Assembly: GCA_018985225.1 (NCBI GenBank)
Contig: JADGIF010000526.1
Coordinates: 1 to 7,157, forward strand
Length of the DNA: 7,157 bases
Source of the DNA: Amoeboradix gromovi X-113
Lineage: Eukaryota > Fungi > Sanchytriomycota
Reading direction: 5' to 3'
The notes below the pieces were generated by a model. That model ran no database searches and had not been told where the DNA came from. It worked only from the letters and a program-made list of their open reading frames with translations. A program made the position numbers and the translations under genes. Every line of letters begins with the position of its first letter. Within the stretch, counting starts at the first letter, position 1. This document shows positions 1 to 5,342 of the stretch, piece after piece.

Positions 1-185
1 AAGAACTCAAAGTTCATTAGAGTTGCGACCATTCAAAAACAATATGATGTGTCCACTTGTAGTAGCTGCAAGCGTTATGAAAGGATTCAATCGTTGCGTC
101 AATTGTCAGCAATGCGGTCACCAAGACCACAGAGATATCAGTCCAGGTACTTCAAAATAATGTAGGCAAGAACATGCTCAAATGA
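1..185 (+). pseudogene. Degenerate TnpB/Fanzor-like C-terminal fragment (Zn finger + RuvC-III), 5'-truncated by the window edge
   Basis: Frame 1 reads KNSKFIRVATIQKQYDVSTCSSCKR (CxxC at 58-69). After a frameshift, frame 2 reads MKGFNRCVNCQQCGHQDHRDIS (CxxCG at 104-118, HRD at 128-136). Frame 3 reads NNVGKNMLK* (to 185). The order matches the TnpB/Fanzor pattern xxE-x-TSxxCxxC...CxxCG...xRDxNAAxNI. The RuvC-II Glu is not evident and there are 2 frameshifts. Confidence 0.6.
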
Positions 186-200
186 TATCTCCCCAAGTTG

Positions 201-302
201 TCTACACTTGAGAAGTGTGGGGTTTGAAATCTTCATGATTTTCGAATCCTTCACATTTAACGTAGGCGCTGGACTACTCAAAGATTTCAAAAAATAAACG
301 CT
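201..302 (+). ncRNA. Candidate omega-RNA-like structured region downstream of the TnpB/Fanzor relic
   Basis: Hairpin TCTACACTT-GAG-AAGTGTGGG (201-221, G-U pairs on the + strand). A perfect 11-bp stem TTTGAAATCTT (223-233)/AAGATTTCAAA (281-291) encloses GATT-TTCG-AATC (237-248) and GTAG..CTAC (262-277). Function is inferred from position only. Confidence 0.35.
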
Positions 303-453
303 TCTTTAGGTAATCGTGTGACTTTTGTGCTATTTTATGTACACTTTGTAATGGACATAATTTGGAATATCGGATAACTTGTAGTTGGGGATGTCTAACA
401 CAGATCAGGTAAAGAATAAGTAAATTTGGATTCGCAGTTAGCATTAAGAAGTA

Positions 454-509
454 AAACTATTGCTGGGAGTATTGCTTAGTATTCGCAAATGAAGCACCAG
501 CAATAGTTT
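454..509 (+). repeat. 13-bp perfect inverted repeat enclosing an inner hairpin
   Basis: AAACTATTGCTGG (454-466) / CCAGCAATAGTTT (497-509); inner GAGTATT-GCTT-AGTATTC (467-484) pairs with two G-U on the + strand. Confidence 0.85.
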
Positions 510-528
510 AGATACCATCTTCCCAAGC

Positions 529-585
529 TATGGGACACCAAATATAAAAGCTAGACTAACTCGTTTTTAAAGAAGGTACTCCATA
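529..585 (-). ncRNA. Candidate omega-RNA 3' scaffold hairpin at the element right end
   Basis: On the - strand UAUGGAGUACC pairs with GGUGUCCCAUA (10/11 incl. G-U) around an inner stem UAAAAAC/GCUUUUA. It overlaps the Fanzor stop codon and ends at the boundary of similarity with the 7034 copy. Confidence 0.45.
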
Positions 586-655
586 CGGAGGAAATGCTAT
601 CATTAATAAAAGATCTTCTTCTATTATACCAATTTTCTTTCATTGATTGTGTTCC
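529..655. repeat. Direct repeat, copy 1 (partner 7034-7157)
   Basis: 127 nt vs 124 nt; differs by 4 transitions and one 3-nt indel. Confidence 0.97.
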
Positions 656-820
656 TCTTTTCAAAATAAAACTAGAAGACCCTGCATCTCGTTCAAATAT
701 ATGAGGTCTTTGAGCATCTAAGCAAATGGTGCATTTTCTTAGACGGTACTCTTTTCTAGAGTCATATTGTAATGTTATACTAACATCATTACTCTTATCT
801 ATTCTAGTTTTTACAGAGTA
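551..820 (-). pseudogene. Fanzor1-like C-terminal fragment (second Zn-finger pair + RuvC-III), no start codon for the domain
   Basis: Stop-to-stop open frame of 89 codons: YSVKTRIDKSNDVSITLQYDSRKEYRLRKCTICLDAQRPHIFERDAGSSSFILKRGTQSMKENWYNRRRSFINDSISSVWSTFFKNELV*. CTIC (733-722) followed by IFERD (RD at 691-686) resembles Fanzor1 'LxxCxxC...WNRDxNAAxNI'. Confidence 0.65.
795..818. repeat. 24-bp left-end motif, copy 1 (partner 909-932)
   Basis: TTATCTATTCTAGTTTTTACAGAG vs TTGTCTAGTCTAGTTTTTACAGAG, 22/24 identical, last 16 nt perfect. Confidence 0.9.
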
Positions 821-875
821 TTAGTGATATTTTATTTGAAATAAAGACTGGATGAAAGGGCAAAAGAATAGCTAT

Positions 876-932
876 ACAGACTGTTTATTTTTGAAATTTC
901 GATACAAATTGTCTAGTCTAGTTTTTACAGAG
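876..932. repeat. Element left-end block, with an inverted homologue at 5094-5105 and 5207-5239
   Basis: 876-908 matches the reverse complement of 5207-5239 at 31/33 (25-nt perfect core TTTATTTTTGAAATTTCGATACAAA). 920-931 is the reverse complement of 5094-5105. 914-927 is the exact reverse complement of 7050-7063. Confidence 0.9.
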
Positions 933-933
933 C

Positions 934-1548
934 ATGCACCCTATGTTGCACTCCTCCGAGTCTGTAGCAGACATATGCGATGCAGTTCAGGCTCTAAGAA
1001 TACCCGTGAGATTCATGAAGTTAAATAACTACAAGGGTAGATACGCATTCGGAAGGTTGTGCACTGTGGAATTTGGAGAGAAGGTCGAAGGTAAATCATT
1101 GCATTACGCAGAGAAAGTTAGCATGAATACAATACCAGTGATAAGCGGTCCAGATAAGGCTGGGGCTTTCGTCGGTGGAATGATTGCGAGCTACATAAAC
1201 GGACCCATTTTAGTTAATGGGAATATCAGGGATTTAGACGAAATCAGGACGAGTATTGGATATCAAGGTTTAGCAGGGTTTGGAAACGGAATGTATTATT
1301 CGTTAAAACAAGTTGGACACCCGATGACGCTGAAAAATGAAGATCAGCAATTTCAAATATGTGGTGATGATTATGTATTTATGGATAAGCATGGAGCAAT
1401 ATTCGTACAAGATAAACACATAGAGAAAGTCCACGAATACGTAAAAAAAAGGAAAATTGTAGATAACGAGATCAGCTGGAAACTGAGGTTGGGAATGCCA
1501 TTGTATTTAGCGTTATCTGAAAGAAAAAAACTGAATTCAAAATTATAA
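934..1548 (+). CDS. RraA-like / HMG aldolase (ribonuclease E inhibitor A fold) family protein
   Basis: 204-aa ORF with family-typical motifs: N-terminal ADICDA, GRLCTV, AFVGGMIA, ILVNGNIRDLDEI (the G.IRD..E motif), and ICGDDYVFMDKHGAIFV. The start could be the ATG at 943. Confidence 0.8.
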   Translation: MHPMLHSSESVADICDAVQALRIPVRFMKLNNYKGRYAFGRLCTVEFGEKVEGKSLHYAEKVSMNTIPVISGPDKAGAFVGGMIASYINGPILVNGNIRDLDEIRTSIGYQGLAGFGNGMYYSLKQVGHPMTLKNEDQQFQICGDDYVFMDKHGAIFVQDKHIEKVHEYVKKRKIVDNEISWKLRLGMPLYLALSERKKLNSKL

Positions 1549-1605
1549 ATTTGTTTCTTTACATAAGCAAATGAAATGGAGTATGCCATGCAAGATACTT
1601 TTTTA

Positions 1606-2079
1606 TTACAATAGCTTCAAGTCTCCACTAATTTTATCTACTTCAGATATCGGTGCAGGACCAATGGCCAGCACAGTTATACTTCCCGAGGGTATTTGCG
1701 TTCTTCCAGCATCCCTTATAATAGACGCTGATAATCCGGCCATTTTTGCATTATGGTACAAATTTATCAGTTCCTGCTGACTATCACATTTCAATGCAAT
1801 TTTTGCCTGTCCATCTCTCTTCCATGCGTTGACAAATTGAGGATATTTCTTAACGGATTCCTGAAAAGCCTCTAAGCATGCATGGCAGCACTGTGCAGCC
1901 ATTTTGCCTTTAGTCATTTTTAAATCTGTTCGAACGATAAGGACCATTTTCATTTCGCTCCCAATATCAAAGAATACTTTAGGTGATTTTCTTAATATAT
2001 TCATTGCTAGTAAAGTAAGTAATGAGGCAGAAACCGCAATCACTGTAACTTGTAGCATCCTACTTAATTTATTTTTCAT
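1606..2079 (-). CDS. PTH2: Peptidyl-tRNA hydrolase 2, mitochondrial outer-membrane type
   Basis: Motifs KMVLIVRTDLKMTKGKMAAQCCHA, GQAKIALK, DAGRTQI, TVLAIGP and C-terminal DKISGDLKLL; N-terminal hydrophobic anchor VTVIAVSASLLTLLAM. The track start at 2100 is TTG; the first ATG is 2079 (alternative 2058). Confidence 0.95.
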   Translation of the reverse strand: MKNKLSRMLQVTVIAVSASLLTLLAMNILRKSPKVFFDIGSEMKMVLIVRTDLKMTKGKMAAQCCHACLEAFQESVKKYPQFVNAWKRDGQAKIALKCDSQQELINLYHNAKMAGLSASIIRDAGRTQIPSGSITVLAIGPAPISEVDKISGDLKLL

Positions 2080-2211
2080 AGAGTTTTCATTTTTCTTCAA
2101 TAACGCATGCTATTAATGGTGATTTGCCAGTCTAAAATTGGCCAATCACTCCTAGCCAATAGTGTAGTAAGTCATTTTTTTAAATCCAAGGAGTTCACTA
2201 CTGTCCCCCAT
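2080..2211. promoter_or_regulatory. Putative bidirectional promoter between PTH2 and the kinase
   Basis: Palindrome ATTGGCCAAT (2137-2146) gives a CCAAT box on each strand; a second CCAAT lies at 2156-2160; the region sits between divergent genes. Confidence 0.45.
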
Positions 2212-3057
2212 ATGGAATTAGAATTATTGTCAGATAAGATTCAACAAAATGATCTTCAAATGATCGACACTGGTGGTTACGGGTTAATTTATACAACTGA
2301 AATTAATGGAAAGATTTATGTTGTTAAGAAGCAAAAAGAGGCTAGTTATCTTTGTTTGCAGGGTTTTCAAAGAGAGATTTTTGCATTATCCCTTCTTTCA
2401 GTTCATAAAATTCCTAATATTGTTACTTTAAAAGAGGTGTATTGGAATGACAATTACGTTCACTTGATATTTCCGTATTATGAAGAAGGTGATCTGCATC
2501 GTTATTTACATCAATTTGGTCCACTTCCAGTTGATTCTATAAGAGAACTATCTAAACAGCTTTTTTCAGGCATCGCAGGTATGCACAAGATGAGAATTGC
2601 GCATTGTGATTTAAAATCCGAAAATATTCTCCTTTACAAAAAGAACGATCAACTTATGGCCGTAATAGGCGATTTTGGTTGTAGCAAATATTTTAAAACC
2701 AAGTATGTCGGTGACACTCTGGGAAGTCCGAGTTATTTGGCTCCTGAACAAATCCTTCAGAAGAAACATTCACCATTCATTTCAGATATATTTAGCATGG
2801 GTGTTATATTTTATGAAATGATATTCAAGGATAACCCGTTTTTTGATCCCAATAATGATGTGGCACAAATTAGCAAAAACACTTTGATGTTCAATCCTAA
2901 TGATGTTTACATTGAGGACAAGGATACTAAAGATTTGCTTGCGAGGCTCATGGAGCATAACCCTAGGAAGAGAATTACCGCGCCTCAAGCTTTAACTCAC
3001 CCGTTTATCACAGAAATTCCAAAAAGGAAATGGTTTGGTTTTTTTACAATAAATTAA
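2212..3057 (+). CDS. Ser/Thr protein kinase (single ePK domain, CAMK-like, non-RD)
   Basis: DTGGYG loop, VVKK lysine, alphaC Glu (FQREI), HCDLKSEN, DFG, GSPSYLAPE, SDIFSMG, RITAPQALTHPF. The frame is open from the ATG at 2107; 2212 is preferred because 2107-2211 carries the CCAAT boxes and 2107 is only 27 bp from the PTH2 ATG. Confidence 0.92.
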   Translation: MELELLSDKIQQNDLQMIDTGGYGLIYTTEINGKIYVVKKQKEASYLCLQGFQREIFALSLLSVHKIPNIVTLKEVYWNDNYVHLIFPYYEEGDLHRYLHQFGPLPVDSIRELSKQLFSGIAGMHKMRIAHCDLKSENILLYKKNDQLMAVIGDFGCSKYFKTKYVGDTLGSPSYLAPEQILQKKHSPFISDIFSMGVIFYEMIFKDNPFFDPNNDVAQISKNTLMFNPNDVYIEDKDTKDLLARLMEHNPRKRITAPQALTHPFITEIPKRKWFGFFTIN

Positions 3058-3122
3058 TTTTTCTCAATGTCTGCCGTTATTTAACAAAATGCAAGTGAAC
3101 TCTCAAGGAAGAAGAATACAAT

Positions 3123-4325
3123 TTACTGGTACGGTGAAACCCCACCCAAGCATTGCTGTAAAGTCACAAAATTGTAGCCATTAGCTTTGAACATACTCAC
3201 AATTTCCACAATCGTATTTAGGGTACAAACCTTGTAGATATCATGACAAAGAATTATGTGGCCACCAGTCTTATCTAGATTAAAGCCAGCCTGAATGGAT
3301 TTCATGACATTATCCTTTGCGACAGTCCCTGTTTGCGTGTCATATTTCCAATCATTTGAGTCAACTGACCAATTAATTGAGTACAACCCTAAGCTGTTCC
3401 ACACATCTAAGGTACCTTGGCTATATTCTCCATAAGGTGGTCTAAAATATCGAGGTGTGACTCCATACTTGGACTTGATAGTGTCTATAGTCTTTTGAGC
3501 CTCGCTTTTTACGGCAGCTGCACCCTGATTGTTGAGCATCGCAACTGAATGAGGGTGGCTGTATGTATGATCAGCAACATTGAACAGATCAGGGCGACTT
3601 TTCAAAGCAGCCTTTATCGCATTTACACCTACAGATTTTTGATCGATGTTGATACCAATCTGGAAGAAGGTGGCAGGTATATTCATAGAGATAAGCTTGT
3701 CAATGACTTGCGGGGTGATGATGTCATCAGGGCCATCATCAATAGTCAATGCTACCTGTTTTTGACCAATGCATTTCTCGATTGGAGCCTTAAGAGGTAG
3801 CTTAGGGGCATTTGGTGAAAGAGGAAATACGGGAAGCGTAGGCACTGGTCCAGCTGTCGTCGGGGTAGATGTTGTTTTCGAAGTGCTAGTGGTAGCAGTA
3901 GTACAGTAGCCAGAGCCAATACCACAATATCCAAACTGTGAACAGCATTGGCCTGAAGGACAAACCTTGTTAGCATTCAGGGGTCCACATGTACCATCAG
4001 ATAGAGGGCCACAATATTCTGTACCAGTTCCGCAATAGCCGTATTGCGAGCAGCAGTATCCTGTAGGACAAATCCAATTGTTATGAGTTATTCCACACGT
4101 TCCATCAACACTTACAGCTCCAGTAACAGGTAGGATTGGCACTGTTGTAACGGGATTGCAGTAGCCAACGTCAGAATAAGCAACTTGGCACTTTCCCGAG
4201 GTATAGGCTGCAGTAGTTCCACACCATCCATACTCACTACATCCTGAGTTTACGCACTTAGTTTTTAAAGCACTTGTCGATCCACAGTTCACTGCTAAAA
4301 CTACAAATGATAAAAGCATTAGCAT
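3123..4325 (-). CDS. Secreted chitin deacetylase (CE4/NodB domain) with three hevein-type CBM18 modules
   Basis: N-terminal hydrophobic signal; CxxxxCCSxxGYCG repeats; Thr/Pro linker; CE4 motifs intact: TIDDGP, HTYSH, RPPYG, DSNDW, LCHD. Confidence 0.93.
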   Translation of the reverse strand: MLMLLSFVVLAVNCGSTSALKTKCVNSGCSEYGWCGTTAAYTSGKCQVAYSDVGYCNPVTTVPILPVTGAVSVDGTCGITHNNWICPTGYCCSQYGYCGTGTEYCGPLSDGTCGPLNANKVCPSGQCCSQFGYCGIGSGYCTTATTSTSKTTSTPTTAGPVPTLPVFPLSPNAPKLPLKAPIEKCIGQKQVALTIDDGPDDIITPQVIDKLISMNIPATFFQIGINIDQKSVGVNAIKAALKSRPDLFNVADHTYSHPHSVAMLNNQGAAAVKSEAQKTIDTIKSKYGVTPRYFRPPYGEYSQGTLDVWNSLGLYSINWSVDSNDWKYDTQTGTVAKDNVMKSIQAGFNLDKTGGHIILCHDIYKVCTLNTIVEIVSMFKANGYNFVTLQQCLGGVSPYQ

Positions 4326-4435
4326 TTCGACGATCAGTTTCAGAGAATGCGACGACTAACAAAATGAAATCGGCATAAAAGGTGAGGTAATCAAAAATGA
4401 AACATTCGCTCGAGATTTAAACTGCCCAGTCATTT

Positions 4436-4502
4436 TAGGACACACTATAGAAAGACTAAAAAGACTTCAAACAAATGTCTCAAAAGATGGATATGTCCCA
4501 TA
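4436..4502 (-). ncRNA. Candidate omega-RNA 3' scaffold hairpin of the 4480-4934 relic
   Basis: On the - strand UGGGACAUAU (4500-4491) pairs with GUGUGUCCUA (4445-4436), 10 bp with 3 G-U pairs that work only on this strand; inner GAGAC/GUCUU stem; overlaps the relic's stop codon. Confidence 0.45.
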
Positions 4503-4934
4503 ATTTATCAGCAGCCCTTAACTGAGACAAGTAATTCTTGACATCTGCTTTTCTTGCCAGCCAGGGTTTGCGCGATTTTTTACAAGGGACTCTGTGAATT
4601 GCAGGGTTTTGTAGCCTTTCATGTCACATCCTGGCCTACAAGTTCATAACAGCGGAAGCATTGGTATAAATTTGGTCCCCGGAGAAGTATCTGAGTGCTT
4701 TAATACTTGCAGCCATTCACATTACAGTAATAAAAGACTTTTTGTGTTATACACTCAGGAATTACCCAAATTATTGTCTCTAAAACTTATACACCAGTTT
4801 CCCGTTAGGGATATTTAAGTTTCCCTTTGGATTGCGCTTATAAGCACTGTCACCACACATATCACTTTATCATGTTCTTCTCTTTCTCGTAACCTTTGTA
4901 CTCTCACCTTAGCTCTATACTTCATATTTCCAAA
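4480..4934 (-). pseudogene. Fanzor1-like (TnpB-derived) nuclease pseudogene, C-terminal ~150 aa
   Basis: Reconstructed across frameshifts (/) and stops: FGNMKYRAKVRVQRLREREEHDKVI/CGDSAYKRNPKGNLNIPNGKLVYKF/LETIIWVIPECITQKVFYYCNVNGCKY*STQILLRGPNLYQCFRCYELVGQDVT*KA../FTESLVK/KSRKPWLARK...KLWDISIF*. It shows the Fanzor1 order GD..KG..P, RuvC-II Glu (4756-4754), (C>F)xxC, CxxC (4660-4649), RuvC-III Asp (4630-4628), and the 'RPxWL' tail. Confidence 0.75.
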
Positions 4935-5061
4935 CACAATATTCTACTTTTCTGGAAATATCTAGTATTAGCAATGAATTGGTGCTCACGTAACAATCAC
5001 CTGCTTCAAATGCAAAGATCTAGAAAGAATCGGAGTTCACAATTCTCAAATATACATAGCT

Positions 5062-5092
5062 TGGGACATCAAACATAAAAACTGGACTAACT
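5062..5092 (-). repeat. Isolated right-end fragment of the same element family
   Basis: TGGGACATCAAACATAAAAACTGGACTAACT is 28/31 identical to 7036-7066; all three differences are transitions. Confidence 0.88.
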
Positions 5093-5303
5093 TTCTGTAA
5101 AAACTTGGAACATTATTTCAGCTTTATTAATTTTATGGATTTAAGAGGCGAGTGGACATTCAGCTAGTTGCGGAGTTGACGAGTGTAAAAGGAAAATAAA
5201 TAACTTTTTGTATCGAAATTTCAAAAATAAATATTCTGTCATTGGTTCCAAATATTGCTTAAGACAGGTTTGAAATAGTTCGTCTACTTTGTGGTGTCCT
5301 ATA
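5093..5303 (+). mobile_element. ORF-less miniature copy (MITE / 'ghost'-like) with both family ends
   Basis: Begins TTCTGTAAAAACT (left end), contains the 33-nt left sub-terminal block (5207-5239), and ends AGTTCGTCTACTTTGTGGTGTCCTATA (5277-5303), similar to the family right end AGTTAGTCTAGTTTTTATATTTGGTGTCCCATA. Confidence 0.6.
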
Positions 5304-5342
5304 ACGATTTCGAAAAATATTAAATTAGTTTAGACAATTTAT

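Larger units (their letters stand above)
529..932 (-). mobile_element. Internally deleted, non-autonomous Fanzor-carrying element with two tandem left ends
   Basis: On the - strand: left-end motif CTCTGTAAAAACTAGA(C/A)TAGA(C/T)AA at 932-909 and 818-795, then a Fanzor-like C-terminal coding fragment, then a right end ...GTTAGTCTAGCTTTTATATTTGGTGTCCCATA that recurs at 7034-7157, 5062-5092 and 5277-5303. The unit 531-818 is flanked by TA on both sides (529-530, 819-820). Confidence 0.6.

Noticed and set aside
274-402. Short - strand frame containing SKLCP, reminiscent of TnpB 'TSKxC'
   Set aside because: No accompanying Glu, second Cys or RD motif; not supportable.
778-816. TACTAAC branch-point-like motif followed by TTTTTACAG (possible 3' splice site)
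   Set aside because: No matching donor or exon was identified; the TTTTTACAG belongs to the repeated element end and the region codes on the opposite strand.
831-845. TTTATTT-G-AAATAAA palindrome
   Set aside because: Almost purely A/T in AT-rich DNA; likely chance.
795-932. Two 24-bp direct repeats as a possible CRISPR array
   Set aside because: Only two units with a 90-bp spacer, eukaryotic context, and no cas genes.
1371-3976. Short track ORFs 1371-1589, 1571-1780, 1904-2116, 2782-2988, 3549-3800, 3752-3976
   Set aside because: Antisense or alternate-frame shadows of well-supported genes, with no recognisable motifs.
4621-5078. + strand ORFs 4621-4818 and 4896-5078
   Set aside because: No motifs; they lie antisense to the Fanzor-like pseudogene, which explains the region better.
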